A stretch of 64,000 nt of DNA from an uncultured Chloroflexia bacterium (GCA_963731765.1 CAVSWS010000040.1:17732-81731), one strand, 5' to 3'; counted from the stretch's first letter, positions 39,668 to 52,013 are shown. Notes: generated by a model not told the origin, from the letters alone. Program-made: numbers and translations.

Positions 39668-40276
39668 CTACGAACGCGGTTGCGAGGTGAGGATTTCGTC
39701 GATCATGCCGTATTCCTTCGCCTGCTGAGCGTCCATGTAGAAGTTGCGGTCGAAGTCGCGGCGGATGCGCTCGGGGTCCTGGCCGGTGTTCTTCGCGAGG
39801 ATGTTGCGCAGGAGGTCGTTGAGGCGGATCGTCTCGCGGGCCTCGATCTCGATGTCGGAGGCCTGGCCCTGGACGCCGCCAAGCGCCTGGTGCATGTGGA
39901 TGGTGGCGCTGGGCATGGCGTAGCGCTTGCCGGTGGTGCCGGAGCTGAGCAGCACGGTGGCCATGCTGGCGCAGACGCCGACGCAGTAGGTGGCGACATC
40001 GCAGCGGTTGAGGTTCATGGCATCGAGGATGGCGAGACCGGCGTGGACTTCGCCGCCGGGGGAGTTGATGTACATGGCGATGTCGCGGTCGGGGTCTTCT
40101 CGCTCCAGGTGCAGGAGCTGGGCGATGATGCTGTTCGCGACCTGGTCGAAGATCGGCGTGCCCAGGTAGATGATGCGCTCCTTGAGGAGCATCGAGTAGA
40201 TGTCGTAAGTGCGCTCGCCGCGAGGCGTGACCTCGGTGACGGCCGGGATGATGTTCTGGGGGAGATGCTGGTTCAT
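39668..40276 (-). CDS. clpP: Clp protease proteolytic subunit with Asn at the triad Asp position
   Basis: YDIYSMLLKERII, YINSPGG, CASMA, HMHQ, DRNFYM. Confidence 0.95.
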   Translation of the reverse strand: MNQHLPQNIIPAVTEVTPRGERTYDIYSMLLKERIIYLGTPIFDQVANSIIAQLLHLEREDPDRDIAMYINSPGGEVHAGLAILDAMNLNRCDVATYCVGVCASMATVLLSSGTTGKRYAMPSATIHMHQALGGVQGQASDIEIEARETIRLNDLLRNILAKNTGQDPERIRRDFDRNFYMDAQQAKEYGMIDEILTSQPRS

Positions 40277-40382
40277 ACGGTGTGCTCCTTCTGTGCTTCT
40301 CTATCAGACCACATCGCGGGGTGGGTCTGCACGAGAGTCATTAGGCGCGGCTCGTGGGATGAATTTGGGAGCCCTCCGCTAT

Positions 40383-40401
40383 TGCGGGATGAATCCCGCA
40401 G
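40383..40401. repeat. REP-like palindrome TGCGGGATGAATCCCGCAG
   Basis: Same core as 2375-2394. Confidence 0.75.
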
Positions 40402-40489
40402 CTTCTTCTGTTCGAGCAGTGGCTGGCGCAGCCTGGCGGCGGGCACCGGCAGTCCCGGGTTCGTCGCGGCAGGCTAGAATCAAGGCGCG

Positions 40490-41137
40490 ATGGTGGACGA
40501 CGCGGGGACCGGTGAAGTCTTCGAAGCGATCGACGAAGAGATCGAGGCGCTTCGGGCGGAGTCGGAGCGTCGCGGCTGGTTCCGGCTGGAGTACGGGATC
40601 TTCGGCGGGCTGGCGATTGTGTTGGCCGCGTACGCCGTCGCGTTCTTGCTCCTCGACGTCGACCTGGAGGGGCTGAAAGACTGGGGCTACCTCGGCATCT
40701 TCTTCATCTCGATGGCGGGGTCGGCGACGATCGTGCTGCCGACGCCGAGCACGGTGGCGATCTTCGGCGGCGGCATCGTGCTGGACCCGGTGCTGGGCAT
40801 CCCGGCGCCGATCCTGGTCGGGCTTGTCGCCGGGTTGGGCGATGCCATCGGTGAGTTTTCCGGTTACGGCCTCGGGTACGCCGGGGCGGACGCGCTGCGG
40901 AACCGCGGGATGTACGTGCGGTTCGAGCGGTGGATGCGGCAGAACGGGATGCTGACGATATTCCTGCTTTGCACGTTCCCGAACCCGTTCTTCGACCTCG
41001 TGGGTGCCGCCGCGGGATCGACTCGAATGCCGGCGCGAAAGTTCTTCATCGCGACGCTGGGCGGGAAGATTGTGAAGGACCTGTTCCTGGCTTACGGCGG
41101 CACGTTTTCGGCGGGGGTTGTCGGAGGTTGGTTCTAG
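40490..41137 (+). CDS. VTT/DedA-like membrane protein
   Basis: GYLGIF, LPTPS, GEFSGYGLG, PNPFFDLVG, GKIVK. Confidence 0.85.
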   Translation: MVDDAGTGEVFEAIDEEIEALRAESERRGWFRLEYGIFGGLAIVLAAYAVAFLLLDVDLEGLKDWGYLGIFFISMAGSATIVLPTPSTVAIFGGGIVLDPVLGIPAPILVGLVAGLGDAIGEFSGYGLGYAGADALRNRGMYVRFERWMRQNGMLTIFLLCTFPNPFFDLVGAAAGSTRMPARKFFIATLGGKIVKDLFLAYGGTFSAGVVGGWF

Positions 41138-41143
41138 TGGGCA

Positions 41144-41290
41144 ACCCCTCCCTTAATCCCTCCCCGGTTACGGAAAGGGGACATCCCGCCGTACTGGCTA
41201 TCGTGGCGTTGGCGGGCGCCTCTGGGCCTGGGGGACCTCGCCCCGATCGCTGCGGCGACCACCCCTCTCTCTGGGTCGAGGGGACGCCTG
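41144..41290. repeat. Extended dispersed repeat, copy 2 of 3
   Basis: Aligns with 37033 and 43033. Confidence 0.85.
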
Positions 41291-41331
41291 CTACGACGTG
41301 GTTCAGGAGCATCTGAGAATGAGGGGCTAGC

Positions 41332-42009
41332 GTGACGGTTGGGGCGATTGTTGTGGCGGCGGGGAGCAGCACTCGGATGGGTGGTGGCGACAAGCTGCAG
41401 CTGGTTGTAGGCGGGCAGCCGGTGCTGTCGTACTCGATGGCGGTTTTCGATGGGCATGAGGGCATCGATGCAGTGGTGGTTGTTGCGTCGGAGGCTAACG
41501 TCGAGGCCGTAAGGACGATGGCATCGCAGTTTGCCAAGGTGCGCGTCGTGCTGGGCGGGATGCGGCGGCGCGATTCCGTGGCGTGCGGGCTCGAGGCGCT
41601 GGAGGGGTGCGAGATCGTGGTGGTGCACGATGGGGCACGGCCGCTGGTGACTCGCGAGCTCATCGATGCGGCGATCGAGGGGGCGAGAGAGACCGGGGCA
41701 GCACTGTGCGCCGTGCCGGTGTCGGACACGGTGAAGCGGGCCGAGGAGTCCGGGTTGGTGCGGGGGACGGTGTCTCGGGAGCACCTGTGGCTGGCGCAGA
41801 CACCGCAGGCGTTCCGAGTGGATGTGCTGCGCCGGGCTCACGCCGCACACGACATCGACGCGACTGACGATGCAGCGCTGGTGGAGCTGATCGAGGAGCC
41901 GGTGCGGCTGGTGATGGGGAGCCGGGAGAATATCAAAGTCACAACACCTGACGACCTGCCGTTGATCGAAGCGCTTATGGCGGCGCGGCGCCGATATACT
42001 GAGCGCTAA
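41332..42009 (+). CDS. ispD: 2-C-methyl-D-erythritol 4-phosphate cytidylyltransferase
   Basis: AAGSSTRMG..DK, GGMRRRDSV, VHDGARP, AQTPQAF, TDDA, NIKVTTPDD. Confidence 0.95.
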   Translation: MTVGAIVVAAGSSTRMGGGDKLQLVVGGQPVLSYSMAVFDGHEGIDAVVVVASEANVEAVRTMASQFAKVRVVLGGMRRRDSVACGLEALEGCEIVVVHDGARPLVTRELIDAAIEGARETGAALCAVPVSDTVKRAEESGLVRGTVSREHLWLAQTPQAFRVDVLRRAHAAHDIDATDDAALVELIEEPVRLVMGSRENIKVTTPDDLPLIEALMAARRRYTER

Positions 42010-42554
42010 TGCAGACGAACAAACCGGTGCTCATCCTGATGGCAGGCCTACCGGGCTCCGGGAAGAGCACGCTGGCGCTCGCCGTGGGCCGGCGGCTGAA
42101 CTGGCCGGTGATCGACAAGGACACGGTGAAGAGCGGGTTGCTGGACCTGGGCGCGGAGGAAGAACTCGCGGCGCAGGCATCCTACGTGCTGCTGCATGAG
42201 TTCGCGCGAGACCTGGTCGTCGGGCAAGGGCTCTCGGTGGTACTCGACACGCCTTCCTCTTACGAACGGGTGATCGAGACGTGCAGCAAGATTGCCGAGG
42301 AGGGGGACGGGGCACTTTGCATCGTCCTGTGCGAGGCGAGCGTCGACACACGGGCCGAGCGCCTGCGCACGCGGAATCGCCGTTCGTCCCACGTCGCGGC
42401 GGTCGACCCCGAGGCTGAGGCCGTGATCACGAAGCGATTCGAGAAGCTGCCGAAGACGGCGCTTCGATTGTCCACAGAGGGTCCTGCAGAGGACCTGATT
42501 GATGAAGTGGTGTACTTCGCCATGCAGGCCGGGAGTGAGGAAGAGGATCGGTGA
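42009..42554 (+). CDS. P-loop kinase (AAA_33-like)
   Basis: MAGLPGSGKSTLA, IDKD, VVLD, lid RAERLRTR. Confidence 0.85.
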   Translation: MQTNKPVLILMAGLPGSGKSTLALAVGRRLNWPVIDKDTVKSGLLDLGAEEELAAQASYVLLHEFARDLVVGQGLSVVLDTPSSYERVIETCSKIAEEGDGALCIVLCEASVDTRAERLRTRNRRSSHVAAVDPEAEAVITKRFEKLPKTALRLSTEGPAEDLIDEVVYFAMQAGSEEEDR

Positions 42555-43024
42555 GAGTCGGGCAAGGGTACGACGTGCATCCGTTCGATGACGGCAAGCC
42601 GCTGGTACTGGGCGGCGTCGTGTTCGAGGGCGAGCGCGGGCTGAAGGGCCACTCGGACGGCGACGCGCTGACGCACGCGGTGATCGACGCGCTGCTGGGC
42701 GCCGCGGCGCTGGGCGACATCGGCTCGCACTTCCCGAGCACAGACGAGAAGTATCGGGGCGCCGATAGCATCGAGCTGCTGAAGCGGGTGTGCCGTTTGA
42801 TCGCGGCGAAGGGGTGTCGGATCGCCAACGTGGATACGATCGTGGTGGCAGAGAAGCCGCGAATGGCACCTCGGGTCGGGGATATGCAGTCGCGGCTGGC
42901 GTTCGCGATGGGGTTGGACCTGACGCAGGTGAGCGTGAAGGCGACGACGACGGACGGCCTGGGCGCTGTCGGGCGCGGCGAGGGGATCGCGGCGCAGGCG
43001 GTGGCGCTGATCGAGGAGTCGTAG
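42551..43024 (+). CDS. ispF: MEcPP synthase
   Basis: MRVGQGYDVH, GHSDGD, DIGSHFP, SVKATT. Confidence 0.96.
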   Translation: MRVGQGYDVHPFDDGKPLVLGGVVFEGERGLKGHSDGDALTHAVIDALLGAAALGDIGSHFPSTDEKYRGADSIELLKRVCRLIAAKGCRIANVDTIVVAEKPRMAPRVGDMQSRLAFAMGLDLTQVSVKATTTDGLGAVGRGEGIAAQAVALIEES

Positions 43025-43032
43025 GGGCTGAG

Positions 43033-43180
43033 ACCCCTCCCTTAATCCCTCCCCGTTTACGGAGAGGGACATCTCGCTGTACCGGGAATTGTGGCGTTGG
43101 CAGGCGCCTTTGGGGCGGGGAAGCTTCACTCCGTTTGCTGCGGTCAGCCCTCCTCCCTGCGGGGCGAAAAGGGGAGCCTG
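43033..43180. repeat. Extended dispersed repeat, copy 3 of 3
   Basis: Aligns with 37033 and 41144. Confidence 0.85.
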
Positions 43181-43277
43181 CTACGAGCCGGTGATAAACC
43201 TATAGCAGGCCGCCGATTGCCCGATTGCCCGATTGGCCGTGAGGCTTCTGCCGGTCAGACTCGGTGGGGGCGCTGTA

Positions 43278-43420
43278 TGTTATATTGCGCAGGTCTTATG
43301 AGTCCTAGCCGCCTTACCTGTATCTGTCGATAGGGCGTCCGTTCCTCGGGCTGAGGGCGGGCTCCCGCTTCAGAGAGGGCGTCGGGTCAGACGCCGATGC
43401 AGGTCCAGGAGGCAAGCCGA
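43278..43420 (+). promoter_or_regulatory. cysE leader: extended -10 promoter and candidate Cys-sensing attenuator
   Basis: TGT-TATATT; 43311-43324 is complementary to 43396-43413, which covers the SD. Confidence 0.65.
43298..43333 (+). CDS. Candidate leader peptide MSPSRLTCICR
   Basis: 11-codon ORF with two TGT codons near its end, upstream of cysE-cysS. Confidence 0.6.
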   Translation: MSPSRLTCICR

Positions 43421-44116
43421 GTGTCCCTTCTCAAGAGCATCCATCGAGACATACGAGCAGCGTTGGATCGCGATCCGGCGGCGCACAGTGCTGTCGCGGT
43501 GGTGTTGAGCTACCCGGGGTTTCATGCTCGGCAGATGCACCGGCTGGCGCACTGGTTCTACGTGAACGGGGTGCCGGTGCTGCCGGGGGCGACGGCGTTC
43601 GTGAGCCGGTTGCTGACGGGCATCGAGATTCACCCGGCGGCGCAACTGGGCGAGGGGTTGTTCATCGACCACGGCATGGGCGTGGTGATCGGCGAGACGT
43701 CGATCATCGGCGATGATTGTCACCTGGCTCAGGGCGTCACGCTGGGCGGCACGAGCACGCGGCGGGAGAAGCGACACCCCACGTTGGGCAACAACGTCCT
43801 CATCGGGGCGGGCGCCATCGTGATGGGGAACGTCGAGATCGGCGACCACGTGCGGATCGGTGCCGGCTCTGTGGTGCTGACGAACGTGCCGCCGTTCGCG
43901 ACCGTGGTGGGCAACCCGGGCAAGATCGTGGCGTACTACGAGCCGGGTAACGACACGCGCGTGAGGCTGCCGGACCCGGAGTGGGACCGCATCGAGGAGC
44001 TGAGCCAGCGGCTCGAGGAGCTGCGCGGGCAGGTCGCGGCACTGGAGGCCGAGCTGGCCGAGCACGGGCGTCGCGCCATCGAAAGCGCGCACGTTCTGCC
44101 GCCGGGCGCCTCTTAG
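43421..44116 (+). CDS. cysE: Serine O-acetyltransferase
   Basis: RDPAA, SYPGFHA, TGIEIHPAA, FIDHGMG, GVTLGGT, KRHPT; AGGAGG SD. Confidence 0.96.
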   Translation: MSLLKSIHRDIRAALDRDPAAHSAVAVVLSYPGFHARQMHRLAHWFYVNGVPVLPGATAFVSRLLTGIEIHPAAQLGEGLFIDHGMGVVIGETSIIGDDCHLAQGVTLGGTSTRREKRHPTLGNNVLIGAGAIVMGNVEIGDHVRIGAGSVVLTNVPPFATVVGNPGKIVAYYEPGNDTRVRLPDPEWDRIEELSQRLEELRGQVAALEAELAEHGRRAIESAHVLPPGAS

Positions 44117-44227
44117 ACTGTCACGCAGGGGCTTGCTCGCCACGACATCGCATCGCCAATATGTTCAGGCAGCGATCGGTGAGAGCCGAGAGCGCGGCAC
44201 CGAGCCAGACTAGCCGGAGGATCAGGT

Positions 44228-45610
<1,383 letters not shown>

Positions 45611-45644
45611 CCCGGCGCCCGGGACAAAGAGCCGACTAGACACA

Positions 45645-46175
45645 GTGGGCCGCGCTCGCGTGGCGATTGCGTTCGGGACCTTTCTCGCGGCGCTGCTGGT
45701 GGCCTGTGGCGGCGGGACAGGGGCCGACAAGACACCGACGCCGGCCATGACGGTCGCGTCCACCGCTCTCAGCACATCGCCTGTTGCCGAGGTCACTTCG
45801 ACGCCACGACCGACCTCGACGCCGTATGCGGCAACGGAGCCGCCGGCGTCCGGCCGAGTGCGCACGACGTTCAGTGTGCGCTGCGACATGGGCGCGTTCG
45901 GGCCGGAGATCCACGTGGGCTATGACATCGCTATCGTGGACACGGACGAGCCGGCCGCGACGCTTACGGGCGTGAAGCTGTACATCGACGGGGTGCTGCA
46001 AGAGGACAACTCGCCGCTATCGACGAAGACGTTCGTGAAGCAGTCGACGTTTGGCGGCGTACCCCGCAAGGTGCATGCTGTCGAGCTGCACGTGGAGACG
46101 TGGGCGGCACCGCAGCCGAAAGACATCATTGAGTTCGCCGCCTGCCCGGCCGCACCGGGCAAGCCGGTGGCGTAG
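45645..46175 (+). CDS. Hypothetical lipoprotein
   Basis: Lipobox LVAC, PT-rich linker, beta-rich domain. Confidence 0.7.
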   Translation: MGRARVAIAFGTFLAALLVACGGGTGADKTPTPAMTVASTALSTSPVAEVTSTPRPTSTPYAATEPPASGRVRTTFSVRCDMGAFGPEIHVGYDIAIVDTDEPAATLTGVKLYIDGVLQEDNSPLSTKTFVKQSTFGGVPRKVHAVELHVETWAAPQPKDIIEFAACPAAPGKPVA

Positions 46176-46195
46176 GTGGTATTCTAGGTAGACCA

Positions 46196-46507
46196 ATGCA
46201 AGACGAAGTTTTCGACGAGATTGAGAAGGCGATCGAGAAGGGTCAGCCCCTCGTGATCGCTACCGTGGCCGCTTCTCGCGGGTCCACGCCACGCAAGCCG
46301 GGCGCCAAGATGGCCGTACGTGCCGATGGTACGTTCTGCGGCACGATCGGCGGCGGTTGTGGCGAGGCCGAAGTGTGGCAGGAAGCCATGAACGTGCACG
46401 AGAGCGGCAAGCCCCAGCTCGTTGTGGTGGACCTCACGGAATCGCCGGAAGGTGAAGACAAGATTTGCGGCGGTATCATGGAGGTCTTCGTCGAGCGGGT
46501 CGTCTAG
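46196..46507 (+). CDS. Stand-alone XdhC/CoxI N-terminal domain
   Basis: GSTPRKPGAKM, GTIGGGCGE, ICGGIMEVFVE. Confidence 0.9.
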   Translation: MQDEVFDEIEKAIEKGQPLVIATVAASRGSTPRKPGAKMAVRADGTFCGTIGGGCGEAEVWQEAMNVHESGKPQLVVVDLTESPEGEDKICGGIMEVFVERVV

Positions 46508-46565
46508 GACCCATAGCGAGGCAGGGTCGCCGCTCGGGAGCGGCGTCGGGGGATTCTGCGTTTCG

Positions 46566-46595
46566 TTGACGCTCGGAGAATCCCGGTGCTATCGT
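46566..46595 (+). promoter_or_regulatory. Sigma70 promoter for the first tatA
   Basis: TTGACG-18 nt-TATCGT with a TG extension. Confidence 0.55.
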
Positions 46596-46629
46596 CTAGA
46601 CGTACTTTAGGGTGCAGGAGGTGCTCCCG

Positions 46630-46977
46630 ATGTTTGCAGCAGCTGGACCGTTCGGCCTTGGGCCGGCGGAACTCGCAATTATTCTCGTTATCGTGGTGGT
46701 GATGTTTGGTGCCACGCGTTTGAAGGACCTTGGTGGCTCTCTGGGCCAGGGGATCAAGGAGTTTCGGGCCGCCGTCAAGGAAGACGAGGACGAGGCTCCC
46801 CATCCGGCGACCGCAGCCCAGACAGGAGCACCGGCAGCGCCAGTTGCTTCGAGCAACGGCGGGGCCGAGGTCGTGGCAGCGGTGAAGTGCCCGTCCTGCG
46901 GCAGCCTAAACGCCCAAACCGCCAAGTTCTGCAGCTCCTGTGGCGCGACTATCGCCGCACCGGTGTCCCAGAGCTAA
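46630..46977 (+). CDS. tatA: TatA/E subunit with C-terminal zinc ribbon, copy 1
   Basis: GPAELAIILVIVVVMFG..RLKDLGGSLGQGIKEFR plus CPSCG-x8-FCSSCG. Confidence 0.88.
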   Translation: MFAAAGPFGLGPAELAIILVIVVVMFGATRLKDLGGSLGQGIKEFRAAVKEDEDEAPHPATAAQTGAPAAPVASSNGGAEVVAAVKCPSCGSLNAQTAKFCSSCGATIAAPVSQS

Positions 46978-46997
46978 GCGACAAAGCAGCAAGCTTG

Positions 46998-47029
46998 AGA
47001 AGCGGGCCGATCGGCCCGCTTCTTGATTT
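46998..47029 (+). terminator. Terminator between the tatA paralogues
   Basis: AGAAGCGGGCC-GATC-GGCCCGCTTCT then TGATTT. Confidence 0.75.
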
Positions 47030-47131
47030 CTCGACGATCTCGCCTCTAATTCAGGTAATCTTCAGGGCATTTTCAACCCCGGCTCTTACCCTGTTTGCAG
47101 GTGCAATGATTGCGCTGTTGGAGGTGTGGGT

Positions 47132-47458
47132 GTGGATCTGGGACCAGCAGAACTGATCATCATTCTGGTCATCGTAGTGCTCGTATTCGGCACTACGCGG
47201 CTGAAGGACCTCGGTGGGTCGTTGGGCCAGGGCATCAAGGAGTTCCGGGCCGCAGTGAAGGAAGAGGACGAGGAAGCGCCATCAAGCGATGCGGCTCCAG
47301 CCTCGCTGTCAGCGGCTCAGCCTGTCGCGTCGAGCAACGGCGGCGCCGAGGTCGTTGCGGCGGTGAAGTGCCCGAGCTGCGGCAGCCTGCAAGCGCAGGG
47401 CTCCAAGTTCTGCGATTCGTGCGGGGCGGCGATCGCGGCGCCGGTGGCACAGAACTAG
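47132..47458 (+). CDS. tatA: TatA/E subunit with C-terminal zinc ribbon, copy 2
   Basis: Close paralogue of 46630..46977; CPSCG...FCDSCG; GGAGG SD. Confidence 0.88.
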   Translation: MDLGPAELIIILVIVVLVFGTTRLKDLGGSLGQGIKEFRAAVKEEDEEAPSSDAAPASLSAAQPVASSNGGAEVVAAVKCPSCGSLQAQGSKFCDSCGAAIAAPVAQN

Positions 47459-47480
47459 TCGAGACGAGGCAAGCGAATCG

Positions 47481-47510
47481 AGGGCGGGCTGGAAGGTCCG
47501 CCCTTGTTTG
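47481..47510 (+). terminator. Probable terminator
   Basis: AGGGCGG...CCGCCCT followed by TGTTT. Confidence 0.6.
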
Positions 47511-47612
47511 CGTGGGCCGGGGATGGCTGAGGGATATCGAGATGGTGATGCCGTCTGGGAGTCACCAGTCACGCAGAGTGTCGGGAGCTGGGGCGGCTCG
47601 GGACGCATCGAA

Positions 47613-47682
47613 GGCGCATGAGGGGCAGGAGGCGCTGCGTGGGATTGCCGCGGCCGCTCCTGGCGTCGGGCCTCGCAATGAC
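47613..47682. repeat. GGATTGCC...CCTCGCAATGAC palindromic repeat
   Basis: Near-identical cores at 51701-51744 and 51879-51922. Confidence 0.85.
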
Positions 47683-47793
47683 GGGGTCATCTCTGAAGGG
47701 TGGGCTGCCAAACGGTAGTGGTTTGGCCATGCGGCGTCGGGATGCGGTGTTCGCTTTCCGGGGTAGGCCTTCTGTAGGCTGTAGGCTAAAGCA

Positions 47794-48525
47794 ATGGTTA
47801 GAGCCGTCCTGTTCGACCTCTGGGAGACGCTGATTAACGACAAGCCCGAGCGGGCTCAGCCGCGACGCACGTGGCGGAGCAATGCGGTGTTCGAGGTGCT
47901 GCGGGAGTACGGACACGAAGCTCCACTGGACGCGGTGCAGGCCGCGCTCGATGCGTCGGGTGGGGTGCTGTCGCGGCTGCACGAAGAGGGCAAGGACGTC
48001 GGTCAGGGCGGTCGGGCCCGGGTATTCATGTCGCAGCTTGAGGCGGTGACGAACGCGGCGGCCCCGGAATCGGCGCTGGACGCGCTGGAAGCAATCATCA
48101 CGTCCATGCCGCTGGAGATTGCGCCGATGCTGGCGCCGTTCGCCGTCGAAACGACGTCGGCGATCAAGCAGCGCGGGCTGGCGACGGGCCTCGTGTGCAA
48201 CGCGGGCTTCACGACGACGCCTCACCTGCTGCCGATGCTGGAGCACTACGGGCTGAAGGCGCAGCTGGACGTGATGGTGTTCTCGGACGAAGAGGGTTAC
48301 GCGAAGCCGGACCCGCGCATCTTCGCGAAGGCGCTGGACGCCATCGGCCTGGCTGCCCACGAGTGCGCCTTCGTGGGCGACAACCCGCACACGGACATCG
48401 CGGGGGCGCAGGCAGTCGGGCTATTCGCGGTGCAGGTCGGGCGCAAGGAACGAGACGGCGTGGTGCCCGATGCGCGCATCGACGACCTGAGCGAGCTGCT
48501 CGGGGTGCTTGACGGCCTGGGGTAG
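47794..48525 (+). CDS. HAD-superfamily hydrolase
   Basis: LFDLWETL, KPDPRIF, FVGDNPHTD. Confidence 0.92.
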   Translation: MVRAVLFDLWETLINDKPERAQPRRTWRSNAVFEVLREYGHEAPLDAVQAALDASGGVLSRLHEEGKDVGQGGRARVFMSQLEAVTNAAAPESALDALEAIITSMPLEIAPMLAPFAVETTSAIKQRGLATGLVCNAGFTTTPHLLPMLEHYGLKAQLDVMVFSDEEGYAKPDPRIFAKALDAIGLAAHECAFVGDNPHTDIAGAQAVGLFAVQVGRKERDGVVPDARIDDLSELLGVLDGLG

Positions 48526-48540
48526 ACGACTGCGCCGTTG

Positions 48541-48583
48541 CTGGTCGTTGGTTCTTAGTTTTTAGTCGTCGGTTGCCGGTTGC
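48541..48583. repeat. Degenerate heptamer array (YYRGTYG)
   Basis: ctggtcg ttggttc ttagttt ttagtcg tcggttg ccggttg. Confidence 0.65.
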
Positions 48584-48716
48584 CTATAACCACATGCTGA
48601 TTGCGCTCGTGCTCTAACCCCCTGAGGTGGGGTCACGGGTTCCTTCCGTCCCTGCTCCACTCTTTGTCACCTTGATCCATTCGCTTATTAGCTTGCGTTG
48701 GGTGTTAGTATGGCTG

Positions 48717-48735
48717 TACCCCCTGCCAGGGGGTA
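48717..48735. promoter_or_regulatory. CsoR operator
   Basis: TACCCCC-TGCCA-GGGGGTA palindrome just upstream of csoR. Confidence 0.85.
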
Positions 48736-48745
48736 GGAGAAGAGC

Positions 48746-49042
48746 ATGGAAACAACTCACACGCATCGAGTACCGGTGGATACGAGCGCGAAGCCGGACA
48801 TTCTGCGGCGAATCGCGTATATCGAGGGACACCTCAACGGCGTGAGGCGCATGATTGAGGAAGACCAGTACTGCGTCGACGTGCTGAAGCAGACGTACGC
48901 CGTGCGCCGTGCCATCGAGAAGATGGAGAAGCTGATCCTGGAGCACCACCTGCAGGGCTGCGTGGTGGAGGGGATCAAGCAGGGGCGCGAGGACGAGGTG
49001 ATCGGCGAGCTGATCGACCTGTACGAGCAGGCGGGAAAGTAA
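48746..49042 (+). CDS. csoR: Copper-sensing repressor, CsoR family
   Basis: [27 protein letters not shown]. Confidence 0.92.
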   Translation: METTHTHRVPVDTSAKPDILRRIAYIEGHLNGVRRMIEEDQYCVDVLKQTYAVRRAIEKMEKLILEHHLQGCVVEGIKQGREDEVIGELIDLYEQAGK

Positions 49043-49052
49043 CGGGGTTCGC

Positions 49053-51581
<2,529 letters not shown>

Positions 51582-51618
51582 GGCGGAGTGCAGGGCGCCG
51601 GGTCGATGTTGCCGGAAG

Positions 51619-52013
51619 CCCCCTCACCCTCCTTACGAAACGGAGAGGGCAAGTCAATACGCTAACGGCCGCGAGCGCATGAGGAACGGTTGAGCGATTC
51701 GTGGGATTGCCACGGCCGCTCCTGGCGTCGGGCCTCGCAATGACCAGTTGTGGATTCGGGGCGTTTGGAGGCACATGTGATGGGCCAGGCGTTCCGAGGC
51801 GCTGTAGGGGCGGTTCGCGAACCGCCCCTACGAGAGGTTCGAGTGCGGGCGAGCGCATGAGGGGCAGATGAGCGGTTCGTGAGAGTGCCACGGCCGCTCC
51901 TGGCGTCGGGCCTCGCAATGACCAGTTGTGGATTCGGGGGACGGCGCGCGTGGGCTGCTCGGCGGTGCGAGGCGCTGTTAGGGCGGTTCGCGAACCGCCC
52001 CTACGAGAGGTTC
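51619..52013. repeat. BIME-like mosaic with a tandem about 175-bp unit carrying two palindrome families
   Basis: Units 51671-51840 and 51849-52013 each hold the GCAATGAC repeat and (GTAG)GGGCGGTTCGCGAACCGCCCCTAC. Confidence 0.88.

Noticed and set aside
51671-52013. Tandem units as CRISPR or IS ends
   Set aside because: Units are about 175 bp mosaics of REP-like elements; no unique spacers and no transposase.
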